NCBI GenBank assembly: GCA_964106645.2
Contig: OZ067039.1
From: Podarcis pityusensis
Taxonomy: Eukaryota
Length of the DNA stretch: 64,000 bases
Direction: 5' to 3' (one strand)
The stretch's first letter is position 1. Every line of letters starts with the position of its first letter. Below, piece by piece: positions 52,215-64,000 of this stretch. Made by a program: the position numbers and the translations under genes. The notes beneath the pieces were generated by a model. That model was not told where the DNA came from and searched no databases. It worked only from the letters and a program-made list of their open reading frames with translations.

Positions 52215-53220
52215 GTAAGCCTTTTCTCACCACGCCTTGGTTCTCGTGGAACTTTAAAGCATAGTGTAGCACTAAACTATGGTTTTAACAAAATGTGTGA
52301 ATGAGGCCTTTCTGTATGCTGTTCCCCACTTTGTATCAGAAAGATCTAGGAATGTTTAGGTGGGACGTAGGTTCTTGGTAGGATCTTGAGATTGAGGCCA
52401 AGATGCCCAGAGCATATATTCTAGGCACATAATTTGCCCTTTGGAATTGTTGATTTTTTTCCAGCTTCCCCATCTTCTTTGCTTTTGAAACTCCTTTCAG
52501 TTTAAAAAGAGATGTGCTATGTAGCATGAGGATATCCTGTTTGAGACGACAAAGTCAAAAGCTCCTTTGGACATGCAGAAGAACTATGTGTGGTCTTTGA
52601 ATCCAAATTTTAGTGTTTCTGTTTTTAAAAAGCTCTTTAGTGTCCCCACTTCTCTAGTAATGATAGTTGTAAAGAAACATTAGAGAACTTTTATACCTGC
52701 TAGTTTGGAGCTGGAAGAAGAATGAATGAAAACAAAGTTGAATGTAAAAGATCCCCAAAATTATTCTGTTAGCAAATCTCTTGATTTCTTAAGCTCCGCC
52801 TTTAAAAATTAAAAGAAGTTTGTGATCCTTGATGTTCCAACTTAGTAGGAATCCTAAAAGCCAAGTGAGATGTTATATTAAATGTGTCACATGTTATGTG
52901 TTTCTTTTAGAATTGCTAACAGCCAGTCTGTGTGTATTTTTTTTTTTTAACTGTTGCATCAGGGGAATAAAGGGCTAAACTCCATCTCCTTGGCACCATG
53001 GTCTCAACGAGTTCTCTGTGCCTCTGATTATGAATTAAGATGCAAAAGGCACAAGAACAAGTGACATGGCTAGTTTGGCTTTAAGCACGCGACAGTACGT
53101 TTGTTGCATTTTTACAGCTCAAGCTGAGAATTATCAAGTTGGTATATCTTGAAAATGAAATATTTACACAAAGCATACACTCAGGCATGGATATGGCTTA
53201 TGTGAAAGGTTCCCACAGGA

Positions 53221-53256
<36 letters not shown>
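53221..53256. repeat. (ATT)12 microsatellite
   Basis: Direct reading. Confidence 0.97.
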
Positions 53257-53257
<1 letters not shown>

Positions 53258-53618
53258 CCTTAGGCTGCAAACCTAACACATTATCTAGAAAGCAAGCCCA
53301 GGTGAATTTAGAGAGATTTACTTAGGATCACCATGTTCAAAGTAGGTAGCATTATAATTAACTTGGGTTTTTTTTGCTGTGTCATTTGGAGATGCCCTGA
53401 AGTGGTACTCAAAGACCAGATTAGAAATATGACCGTAGCTGAAGTGGCATCCACTCTGAAAGTCATACCTTATGCATCTTAAAAAGTATATATGATTCAG
53501 ATTTGTTGCTGCCAGCAGCCTGTGATAAATCAGAAACTAACCCTTAGTGCCGCAGAGGCTGGCTGCGTTGCCAGCAAGTGGAGAAATGCCTAGAATACCT
53601 TCTAGGAATGTTTTATGT

Positions 53619-53815
53619 TATTTGGTATATATTAATTGTTGATGCTTGCAAGTGTGTAATTATTTTCACATTTTGAAGCTGGGTGATAAATGTTGTTTCA
53701 CACATGGCAACAAATTCTATTTGGTATTTGAGATTTGTTGATGCTTGCAAATGTGTCATTATTTTCACATTTTGAAGATGGAGGATAAGTGTTGTTTCAC
53801 ACATGGCAACAAACT
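53619..53815. repeat. Two-copy tandem duplication, about 99-bp unit
   Basis: tatttggtat...ttgttgatgcttgcaa.tgtgt.attattttcacattttgaag...tgttgtttcacacatggcaacaaa occurs twice head to tail (starts 53619 and 53718). Confidence 0.9.
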
Positions 53816-54087
53816 CAGCAAGGAGCTGCTGCCAATTCCAACCTTGTAGCATATGAAGTATGATATTTGTGTTTCAGACAGAACTTTGTTACATTCACGC
53901 TTGACATTTTTATTAGTACACTTAAAAACATCTTGGTTATAGTCCTAAAAATCTGTGAAGTGGCCCAAATAGGCATCTTAAGAATACTAACTACCCTGGG
54001 CCCACAGACACAAGACACACATAAAATGTCAGCAAATCCTAGATAACTTTCTTTCCTTGTTTACCTGTGTTCTGATTTAAATTTCAG

Positions 54088-54184
54088 TATTGTGGACTGC
54101 TCAGGGAAACTGTCTGACAATAAATTCCAACGAAAACACCATTGGCAGAAACAGTGGCATCTTCTGGGCATTACTACAATCCAG
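54088..54184 (+). CDS. MFSD11: MFSD11 coding exon 5
   Basis: atttcag|TA; LWTAQGNCLTINSNENTIGRNSGIFWALLQS (UNC-93 family LWTAQG motif); CAG|GTAGGA; 97 nt. Confidence 0.96.
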
Positions 54185-54992
54185 GTAGGAAACAAAATGA
54201 TCACCCTTATATCTACTGAATATGATCTTGACCTCTCCCTACTTGTTGTTTTTTTGTTGTTGTTGTTGTTGGTAAAAAGCCAATAAATATTTTGTCTGTC
54301 TATCTCCCTGGCACTTGTTAGCTTTTTTAGAGAATGCTGCACTTGTGTCATTTATCACCAAATGTCTAGTTTTATGAATTCTGTCTCTTCTGAAATATCC
54401 GTAGTTAATTGGAACAAAAAAATTGCAGTTCAGTAGCAATTCTGTGCTCACTCATTTTCTTCCAAGAAAATATGGCTAGGATTGGGTTGAATAACAGCTT
54501 CCAGACCATTTTGTGTTCCAAAATGCTTATTTAGAAATGGTCTTCTATATTGGAAGGAGTACTTTGCTCTAAGGCTGTTCTGAGTCAACATCATTTCTGT
54601 GTCATGGGAAATGATCTGCCTTGTTCCTGTAGGCTAGCACTAAGAATTTCCCATGAACTTAGCTAGTGCCCTGGCATCTGAAGAGAAGTAGTCAGAAATT
54701 CAGGGAAGGCTGCAGAGTATGCTGCCTGGCTTATGTGATCAGTCTTTTATATAAGCTTTATTCCAGCCTTCCGTGACACTAACCCACAAAACCGTTCACC
54801 TGCTGTCGTGTTCACACCTGCATATGGTCGTCACTTGCCCCTAGAAGAGGAAAATAACCAGTTGCCTTCCAGTTCATGCAAGCTTCCTTGTCTGATTGAC
54901 TGGAAGGCAATTCCTATTCATTTTTTAGGCACCCTGCTTTATCTGGGAGGCACGCTGGCTTTGAAAAAAATTATTCTCATTCTTATATGTTG

Positions 54993-55298
54993 TCCATCTA
55001 ACTGGGTTGTCCTAGCCACTCTGGGTGGCTTCTAGCAAAATATAAAAACACAACAAAACATCAAACATTAAAACCTTCCCTATACAGGGCTGCCTTCAGA
55101 TGTCTTCCAAAAGTCATAGAGTTGTTTATCTGTTTGACATCTGAAGGGAGGGCATTCCACAGGGCGAGCACCACTGTCAAGAAGGCGCTCTGCCTGGTTC
55201 TCTGTAACTTCACTTCTCGCAGTGAGGGAATTGGTAGAAGGCCCTTGGAGCTGGACCTCTGTGTCTGGGCTGGGTGATGGGGGTGGAGATGCTCCCTG
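54993..55298 (-). mobile_element. L2-type LINE 3' fragment, antisense
   Basis: ccatctaactgggttgtcctagccactctgggtggcttc...cagggctgccttcagatgtc...gggagggcattccacaggg matches recalled lizard L2 3' ends; a weaker fragment lies at about 17345-17490. Confidence 0.6.
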
Positions 55299-56387
55299 TT
55301 TGCTTTTTAATGAGTAGACCCCTGATTTAAATTTGTCCAACAAATGTCAAGAAGTCTTTAGAATGTTAGTTTTTAGTGTGAGTTGATATAGCGGCTAGTG
55401 GGGATTTGAATCCCCACCAGGAGGGAGTTAAAGAGTCACGGTGCCAACACTGAGAAGGTCCTGTCTATCACATGTCCCTGCCTGATGTTGTGTAGGAGTG
55501 GCACAGGAAGCAGGGGCTGTGAGGTAGGTCAAGTTCCTGTGTGAGTGGGCAGTTGCCAAGGTAACTAGTCCCTAAGCTGCCAATTAATTAATTAATTAAT
55601 AAGATACCGACAGCTTTATTTTTTTATTAATTAATTAAAAACATTTACAAACTGCTTAACATTTTTAAAAATCTCCAAGTGGTGTACAATATAAAACATT
55701 AATACAAAAATCCCTATAAAACAAAGTTATAAAAGGATATAAGAATAAGTAAAACAGGAATTCAGGGAATATGAACATATAAAACAGGGCCCAATTTCAT
55801 GAGTCAGGGAAAGCCTGGTTAGAAAGGTAAAGTTTTCACAAGATGTCTGAAGAAACCGATGCTTGCTGATTCATATATGGCAGAGTTTAGAGGTTTAAAG
55901 GTCATCACCAGTAGTATAAACTGAGCCCAGAAACAAGTGCTCCCCCCCCCTGGAATTAACTCAAAGATCTGGTGGTGGTAGAAAATGAAGAAAGATGAGC
56001 AATGATATAAGCAGATCCTGACAAAATTCATTCTTCTTTTGGATCAGTTTTTGTGATGTAGATGTATATCACCATTGTTGGAAGCAACTTGTTGGGTCCT
56101 TTATCCAGCCAAGAAGTATTCTTGCCTTAACTTTGTTACACTTTTTGTGTGGGTGTAGCAAGAGAACAAAGAGAACAAGCTCTTTGTTATCTTATGTTGT
56201 CCAGGTATGTTCAACTATGCCTGGAAAGCCAACATAATTTAACTTTTTACAAGGAAATCCTTGGGCTTGTTTCAGCTTCACTAGGATTTGCAGTCTTCTG
56301 ACAGTGTAAATTGCAGTCTACATTTCCCCCCTTCTTTTGCGATTCAAGTAGCTTGCTAACCAGTAATGTGCTTTCTTTTGTTCACAG

Positions 56388-56446
56388 TTTGTTTTTTGGA
56401 AATCTATATATATACTTTGCCTGGCAAGGGAAACTTCATATATCAG
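56388..56446 (+). CDS. MFSD11: MFSD11 coding exon 6
   Basis: ttcacag|T; LFFGNLYIYFAWQGKLHIS; CAG|GTTGGC; 59 nt. Confidence 0.94.
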
Positions 56447-57334
56447 GTTGGCCTTTTTAATATATCCTTTTTTTTAAGGTAACCAGGTTGTGAATGAAAT
56501 AATAAGGGGAAATTGCTAGGTTGATGAGGGGACAAACAAAATAAAAAAAGCAGTGGAGATAGCCGCAGCTTATTTTAAACAGTATTTTAAAAGTCCTTGG
56601 AGACTATTTTTAACTTCATGTGTAGCAGCATAATTGTAAACACTACAGTGTTTCCCTTCTGTTCGCTGTATTTTTGTTCCATGTGTACAGCTGGCTCGTA
56701 TTCCCGTCTATGCCTTCAAACTGTGATCCTCACCGAAACAAATCTACTTTGACATATATCTGGGTGTTGCTTAGCTTCCTCTTTTATTGACCTTGCCTTG
56801 ACCCTTTGGGTCCCTTCCAACTCTACAGTTTTGTGATTATATGATTCCATGTCTCGGTGTTTTATCATTCCAACCTCAAAAAAGCACTGCCATCCTTGAA
56901 CTTCCCTCCTACATTCCTCTTGCTCTGACTCCCAGATTCTGCAACTGAGCTCATGCCAGTTTTCACAAGCTTCAATAACGTTTTGCATTTATTTAGTCTG
57001 TGAATCAGATGTGATACATTAGCTAGAATTCACAGTTGATTTTGAAATTGAATAAAGCTCAGAATTAAAATACGCTACTGGCATGTGGTTCCCAGAAAGT
57101 TACTCAGAGGGAACTGGCCCTTGGGTTGAAAAAGGTTCCCCACTTCTATGGTATAGATAACTTTGGATGTGGAACTTGAGTTTCATAGATGGAGAACTTG
57201 ACTAGTACATGGGAGAGTGCACCTTATTTTATATGCTGTATTTAATCACAGCACAGAAAAGTCCTAGGTATAGAATGAATGGATATGCTATTGTTAGTTT
57301 ATGAAGTTGACGCACACTTCTTTTTCTTCCCCAG

Positions 57335-57479
57335 AAAACGACCGTAGGACCGTCTTCATTGCTCTGACGGTGATTAGTCTTGTGGGGACCGTTCTGTTTT
57401 TTCTCATTAGGACCCCAGAAGAATCAAATTCAGAGGAAGAAGAAGCTGATGCCTCTACTGACAACCTCATAGAACGCAC
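57335..57479 (+). CDS. MFSD11: MFSD11 coding exon 7
   Basis: ttccccag|AA; NDRRTVFIALTVISLVGTVLFFLIRTPEESNSEEEEADASTDNLIER; CAC|GTAAGT; 145 nt. Confidence 0.95.
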
Positions 57480-57668
57480 GTAAGTGTTTATGGCTATCTG
57501 ACTCCTGAATCTGTATGCTTAGCCATTTCTACTCCTCTGTGAATAAGATAGATAACTAATTTGTATTACGAAGGATGGTTATGCACACTGTCCTCACAGG
57601 TCGCACTGTATTTTTCCATTAATCAATTTGTTTTGGGGGGGAGTAGAGGAGTTTGTGGGAAAGACTCC

Positions 57669-57901
57669 ACCTAGCAGTTCGAAAGCACGTCAAAGTACAA
57701 GTAGATAAATAGGCACTGCTCCGGCGGGAAGGTAAACGGCGTTTCCGTGCGCTGCTCTGGTTCGCCAGAAGCGACTTAGTGATGCTGGCCACATGACCCG
57801 GAAGCTGTACGCCGGCTCCCTCGGCCAATAAAGCAAGATGAGCGCCGCAACCCCAGAGTTGGCCACGACTGGACCCAATGGTCAGGGGTCTCTTTACCTT
57901 T
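57669..57901 (+). mobile_element. 5'-truncated Sauria SINE
   Basis: Reverse complement of the 46762 copy from acctagcagttcgaaagc to ...ctttaccttt. Confidence 0.9.
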
Positions 57902-58534
57902 AATGTGACACTAATCCAGGCTAAAGTGTGTGGCTAAAGTAAGAATTAAGTCCTTCTGATACTTTAGGAGTTACTATAGAATGCAATAGTCATTCATCTG
58001 GGCAGCAGAAATTAACTTGGGTTTGGGTAGAAACATAATAAACAACATAATGTCCATCCATAACATAATATCAGTAAAATACAACAGTTCAGAGGCAGCT
58101 TGCTGGCTGGGGTGCAGCTGCTGCACGAGCTTCTTGGCAGGTGGGTTTTCTGTTGCGTAGTGGGAGATAGAGAAGGAGTGGTGAGGAGGTCAGCAGAGTG
58201 CATATGCACCAGCAGAGCCAACCTGGCACACCTGCCAGTGTGTTTGCCCTGCACTGACCTCCCTGCCACCTTACGCTTCTCCTGTTATAAGCAGTCGTGA
58301 CTCACCCACCAGGAAGCAAGTGGAGTGGTTTCGCCCCAGCCGGCGAGCTCATTCTGAAATATGGCTAATAATCATAAGCAATACATAAAAAGTAGTTTGT
58401 TTCTGAACGAGTTATTTCCCATATTGGTATGGTAAAATTTTTAATCGCATTGTTGTATAAAGAATAATAATCATGACAAATTCGCCATTTGTAAATTTAT
58501 TTTCTCACTTTAAATAAATGTTTGTTTTAACCAG

Positions 58535-58575
58535 GTCTGGCCAAAGCAACATGACAAGGGCTGTCGATGCATTTA
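58535..58575 (+). CDS. MFSD11: MFSD11 coding exon 8
   Basis: ttaaccag|G; SGQSNMTRAVDAF; TTA|GTAAGT; 41 nt, phase fits both neighbours. Confidence 0.9.
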
Positions 58576-59044
58576 GTAAGTAAAATCCCATGGAAGTATT
58601 AGATTTTCCAGCATGTCAAGCCATAGTCATACATCGATGCCTCACGTTAAAAGCTCACCTCCAGGTGTGTTTTTTTATAAAAAGGACAGGCAATATGCAT
58701 TATTTTCCTGTGTTGTATGATGCGTCTCTTCTTGCCACCCAGACACCAATGCTTTGCATTTCCCAGGACCACAGTTAAGCTTCATTGTCTGAGATTCTTA
58801 CCCCTAGCGAGGAAAATATGCTTTTAATTCCCTGTGCTAGGGGTTCCTTGAAAGTTTCACCCTTAATGGAGCATGGTGGCTGTTCTCTTAAGGGAGCAGT
58901 GGATGTGTTCTCTGTGGGGTAAGGGGAATTGAAAGATGGTTTGCCTAATATTAGCATCAGGATTACTACATTCGCTGTAATGTGGTTTGTTTCAGATATG
59001 AAGTAGGCACGAAGGGAGGCTCTTAAGGTGTCTTTTCCTGCCTA

Positions 59045-59172
59045 GGAAGCTGCCTTCTTCTGACCATTGATCCATCTAGCTCACTATTTTCCACCCCCAC
59101 CTGGAGACCCCTACCTGGATTGAACCTGGGGCCTTCTGCATACAAGCAGCTGCTCTACCAGTGAGCAATGGC
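59045..59172 (-). mobile_element. Degenerate tRNA-derived SINE (Squam3-like)
   Basis: Minus strand reads ggccattgctcactggtagagcagctgcttg...ccccaggttcaatcc (A and B boxes); related copy at about 61044-61186. Confidence 0.65.
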
Positions 59173-59393
59173 CTAGGCTCATAAAGCTGGAATCTGTCAC
59201 CCTTTTGTCTTCTTAAGCCCTATAGTTCTGTGTTCCTGTATGCAACTGTGAATATTGATTCAGAAGTCATCATTATGAATGTGGGAGGGGATAACATAGT
59301 TCAGCCCATTCCACCTCCCCCCACTTTAATTCAGTATCCAGCGAGGATCCTCATGGTGTGCATGTGTGTATTTTAATTGTGGCTTCTTTGCAG

Positions 59394-59459
59394 AAAGATC
59401 CATCAAGCTGTGTGTCACAAAAGAGATTCTGCTGCTTAGCATCACAACGGCCTATACAG
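59394..59459 (+). CDS. MFSD11: MFSD11 coding exon 9
   Basis: ctttgcag|AA; RSIKLCVTKEILLLSITTAYT; CAG|GTAACT; 66 nt. Confidence 0.95.
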
Positions 59460-60873
59460 GTAACTAACTGGACGGGGATAGAATCACTAGCCTTAGGAGT
59501 TTGCATGGGACTTTTCTTTGGCCCAGACTGACTTTCTTACTGCCCATCAGTCCTATCCCAAATCCATTGCTTTTGGCTGCATCATGCAAATCCCCCAAGT
59601 GCTTTTCTTTTCCTTGTATCTCCCAAAGCATTTGTTAGTCTGAGTTTCTGCTCTCATTCTGAGCCCGTGAGCCTGTGGGAGAACCATGCACAGAGCTGAG
59701 GATTTCTTTTAAAGATTTCTCTGCATCCAAAAAAGGCGATCTGCTCTTTCTAATGAACTGCCACTCATATTGCTGGCTGATGCTACTTCGGACAAAAGCC
59801 TTGGCTGCTTGGATGATTCCTTTGTACACATCTGTAGATGCTTTTTGGATTGTGGCCCTTGCCCTGCATTAAGACATTCCATTCCAGCATCTTCAGTTAT
59901 CTCTTCCATCATATGTTCCTCTCTCTCTCTACCCCCGCAGCAACTTTCAGTGCTCCTCTTCCTATATCTTCCCTTTGGTAGCAGAATACTTGTGTTGCAG
60001 ATTGCCATCTGGTGGTTACAGCTGAGAGTATCTGTACCTTTCATAGCCTGCAGTCTTTTTTTTTTTTTTTTTTTTTTAAATCCTTTCAGATGTGAAAGGA
60101 TTTCAAATTTTTGGGGCTTTAAAATGAAAGTGGAGATTTTCAGAATTTTGCATTTATTTCGATCCCATTTTTTGCGGACCTTAGTTGGCCCGATCACCAC
60201 ATTTTAGTATTCTTGCTTTAAACTTGGAGGCCTGTCTCAGGTTCCTTCACCAAGTTGTGTTTTGGGGGGGTTTGTTTGCAGTTCTATGGGTCGGTGGAAA
60301 TTTTGGCCCATAGCAGGCTCTCAATGGGCCATGTGCCTCATTTACCTCACTTGGTTAAGATTTTTTATTATTTAATTTACGTTCTACTTTTCCTCAAAAG
60401 AAATCAAGGCATGTGGTACATATGATCCTTTTAACAATCATTATATAGAACCAGACAGCTCTGAAGTAAAATGTTTCACGAATACTTCTTGGGAGTTGTT
60501 AGTAAAGCTAACACTTAGCGTTCCATAGGTACCTTGGTTGTTGTAGCTGAATCCTGCATAAACATTCTTAAAATTTAATATTGGCGCCATGTTACTTGGA
60601 ATACCTTGGTGGTTTATACGGTTGGATCCTACACAGGCATTTTTGCTACCAACTGCTTCCTCCAGATAATCAGCAATGCCACCGCTGGTCAACTTGACTT
60701 GCATTGCATAAATACAGTTATGAAAAGTTCTCCTAAAAGACCAGTGTATCATTCAGTCTACTGATATCTTTTGGCAGCTCCATGTTGCAATTCTATCTTA
60801 AACTGTAGACTTTGATAAAGCTCTAACTAGGGACTTTCTCCTTCCCTTTTGTAATATTGCTGTTTTTTTCTAG

Positions 60874-60999
60874 GTCTGGAATTAACGTTCTTCTCTGGAG
60901 TGTATGGGACCTGTATAGGTGCTGTAAATAAATTTGGTACTGAAGAAAAAAGTCTGATTGGACTCTCTGGTATTTTTATTGGTATTGGAGAAATATTAG
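60874..60999 (+). CDS. MFSD11: MFSD11 coding exon 10
   Basis: ttttctag|GT; LELTFFSGVYGTCIGAVNKFGTEEKSLIGLSGIFIGIGEIL; TAG|GTGAGT; 126 nt. Confidence 0.96.
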
Positions 61000-61406
61000 G
61001 TGAGTCAAAGGAACAAAGGAAATTCCTTGATGAACGTTAGGCCTTTGGTTTATCTAGCTCAGTATTGGAGACATAGAGACTCATAGCAGATCTCCAGGGT
61101 TTCAGACAGGCATCTGAAAAGGTGCTGGGGATTGAATCTGGGACCTCCTGCATGCAAGGCAGATGCCTTACCATTGCACTATGGCATCTCCCAAAACTGG
61201 ATTTGAAATAGCAGGAAATAAATTTTGCCTACAGTTGTTTAATACATATATACCACATATGCCAAAATGGCTTCTATGTAGTTAAATGAGGTGGACCTGT
61301 TTTAAATGCTTATGACGTGCATTAATATAAACAGCTACAACAGTTTGTTTAATCCTCAGGAGCTAACTAAAACTATCCACACCAGTTTAATGCATCAGGA
61401 AGTTAA

Positions 61407-61687
61407 AGGGTAAAAAAAAAAAAGGTAAAGGAGCCCTGGATGGTAAAGTCCGGTCAAAGGTGACTGTGGGGTTGCGGCGCTCATCTCGCTTTCAGGCCGA
61501 GGGATCCTGCGTTTATCCACAGACAGCTTTCTGGGTCATGTGGCCAGCATGACTAAACCGCTTCAGGCACAACGGGACACTGTGAAGGAAGTCAGAGTGC
61601 ATGGAAACGCCATTTACTTTCCTGCCGCAGCAGTGCCTATTTATCTACCTGCACTGGCATGCCTTTGAACTGCTAGGTTGGCAGAAG
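61407..61687 (-). mobile_element. 5'-truncated Sauria SINE, divergent subfamily
   Basis: Same core (gggttgcggcgctcatctcgcttt...catgtggccagcatgactaa...cctatttatctac); perfect 13-bp TSD ATCAGGAAGTTAA at 61394-61406 and 61688-61700. Confidence 0.9.
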
Positions 61688-62608
61688 ATCAGGAAGTTAA
61701 TACTTATTTATAGTGGTGATGGAGTAGCAGCAGTGTTTTGCTCATTTTAGACTATGCAAACTCTGCAGTATAGGACTTCTGACAGCCAAGGCAAGCAGCT
61801 GTTGGGTATAAAAAGCAGATTGCCTTTTTGGCCGTTGGAGCCAGCAATGTTTGTGACATAATTAGTCCTAGTTCTCAGAAATAGCAGTAAACCATTGAAG
61901 TGTACCACTTTAGACTGCAGATATAGACTTACATGAGTGAATATGTGAAAGAAAGAAAAACAACCCTTGGCCTAACAGACTAGGTTCCAGGGAGAAGGAT
62001 ACAAGCTTAGTCCTTTTCCTGACATGCTAGCATTTTCTTTACAGGGATGTTTATTTAACCGAGGTGGAGGTATGGAGGAGCATGTGAGTTCCTACCCTCT
62101 TGAGGTCTCATGTGATACAGTGGTGACACAGTTTACCTCCTGATTTGCTCTTGTGAGAGGCCAGGCCACAGTTTCCACTTGTGGATCAGGTAGTGGTGCT
62201 GTGGGGGGGAGAGAGGATGGAGCGTTAGTTTGACACTTTGCCATAGTCAGTCATCTGGTGGGGGTTTGCTTCTACCCTCCCACAGTGTTGCCTGCTTTCT
62301 AGCATGTTGGACTGTGGGTAGAACCACCACCGCAAGGCATAACGCTCAGGATGGAAGTTGCCTCTGCTGGATTTTCTGGAATCCCTCCTTCCTACTCAGC
62401 CTCCCAAGCCAGAGAACACACAATTTAGCAGGATCCTCTCATCCTTTAGTGAGGCTTTTTAGGGGTGGGATGGGATGCTGCTGAGCAGAGCAGGGGTCAA
62501 ATAAGTCCATTTCCACCATTCCCTTACATGACATACTAGGGAAATTATTTAACCCTCAAACCCTGCCCTGTTTTCTTGCTCGCAATAATGATACGTTCTC
62601 TATTACAG

Positions 62609-62783
62609 GTGGAGGAATCTTTGGCCTTCTGAGCAAAAACAACCGTTTTGGCAGGAACCCAGTGGTGATGTTAGGCATTGTGGTCCATTTTGTAGCCTTC
62701 TATTTGATTTTCTACAACATGCCAAACGATGCCCCCATCGCCTCCATCCATGGCACAGACAGCATAGCATTCATGGAACCAAG
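62609..62783 (+). CDS. MFSD11: MFSD11 coding exon 11
   Basis: tattacag|GT; GGIFGLLSKNNRFGRNPVVMLGIVVHFVAFYLIFYNMPNDAPIASIHGTDSIAFMEP; AAG|GTACGA; 175 nt. Confidence 0.96.
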
Positions 62784-63377
62784 GTACGAGTTACTTTACT
62801 TCTCGTGACCAGACAGATCTGGTTTACACAGGGTGCTAAGCCAAACCATGGCTTAATATGAACAGGCAACATGTTGGTTACAGGACCAAAGATAATGGCT
62901 GAGGTGCCATTCTCCTCCTTCCCTTTCTGCTGCTGCGCTATCTGGGGCCAAGTCATGGACTGCCTTACTGTGATGGCCAAAATTGGGCTCATGGTTTCTC
63001 TTGCTCCAGACAAACCATGAACTGTAAACGTAAGATTTGCTCTTGGTTTACCACCCATGGTTTATCTGGGGAAGACAAACCATAAGCCCAGGTTTGGATG
63101 GAATGCTAAGTCAAAGAATATTTAAAACATTAAATAATACGGGCAAAGTGCCTTTGACATATTTAATTGCAATGCAGAAATGCCCGAAACGAGAATTCTC
63201 AAAATGAAGCAGCTCTTTGGTAGCAATCTGGACCTTGCCATTTTTTTCTCCATTATTTCTCAATAGACTTAGACAAAAATAATATGAATGGTAGGATTGT
63301 ACCTAATTTTCCATTCATAGTTGTGTATATTTTTATTAATTACAGTGTGGTTAATATTGGCATCTCTTTATTTTCAG

Positions 63378-63513
63378 CAAAGAAGTGGCAATTTTCTGCA
63401 GCTTCTTACTGGGTCTAGGTGATAGCTGTTTCAACACTCAACTCCTCAGTATTTTGGGATTCCTGTACTCAGAAGACAGTGCACCTGCCTTTGCAGTCTT
63501 TAAATTCATCCAG
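63378..63513 (+). CDS. MFSD11: MFSD11 coding exon 12; final exon lies beyond the window
   Basis: ttttcag|C; KEVAIFCSFLLGLGDSCFNTQLLSILGFLYSEDSAPAFAVFKFIQ; CAG|GTATTA; 136 nt; cumulative 1185 nt in frame with no stop. Confidence 0.96.
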
Positions 63514-64000
63514 GTATTATTGGTTGCCAAATGTCAGAGCCAGACATCATATAATGAGTAGTCTAGTGAAATAATACAGTAGTTTATTCATTATGCAAAC
63601 AAAGAGCTTTGTGTAAAATTGGAAGGAGTTTAAAAGTCATCTACTTTTGTCTAGGACACTGGGTAAGGCAAGAACACAGAAGCCTTTTCAGTAATGCAGG
63701 ATGTTTGGTTAACCAAAATACATACTACAGTCCTGTGTTTAAGCCCCAGTGAAGACACTGAAATTTAATTCTGTTTAAACATAAACATGTGTGATGTGAT
63801 ATATTTGTGCGTGACGAAACAATGGTTAATAGAACAATTATTTTTAAAGAACAAACATTTGGAGTAGTCATAAGTGGAATACATGCATTGGTAGGTGTGC
63901 TATATAGAAAATGCTACCTTCTATCTCAATACAATGAATGATATTAATGGAACAATAGCATTCCATATCAGTATAAATTAAATTAAAATAGCTAAGTGGA

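Noticed and set aside
59635-60207. Intronic ORFs of 145 and 163 aa in MFSD11 intron 9
   Set aside because: Non-ATG starts, they span a poly-T run, and show no splice-compatible or homologous features.

Overview
Vertebrate nuclear DNA from a squamate reptile, probably a lacertid lizard judging by its Sauria SINEs, CR1/L2 fragments and TA-flanked MITEs. The window holds the conserved gene block MXRA7(-), JMJD6(-), METTL23(+), SRSF2(-), MFSD11(+), in the order and orientation I recall for human 17q25. Exons were assembled by hand from GT/AG sites and phase. JMJD6 has 6 coding exons giving 403 aa, plus an alternative exon 7 giving 414 aa. METTL23 has 5 coding exons giving 239 aa. SRSF2 has 2 coding exons giving 221 aa, plus 3'UTR splicing elements. 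MFSD11 has 12 coding exons (395 codons) here and its last exon lies beyond the right edge. Only MXRA7 exon 1 was found. There are three CpG islands, two of them bidirectional promoters. I found no convincing wholly new biological system. The best leads are: an apparently conserved alternative JMJD6 C-terminus whose donor overlaps the stop codon; two N-tracts lying on the SRSF2 autoregulatory elements; a 29-bp hairpin that pairs fully only on the minus strand; an extra N-terminal METTL23 coding exon; a (UG)17-abutting alternative donor in MXRA7; and inverted SINE pairs in MFSD11. All comparisons with human or mouse are from memory and need alignment.
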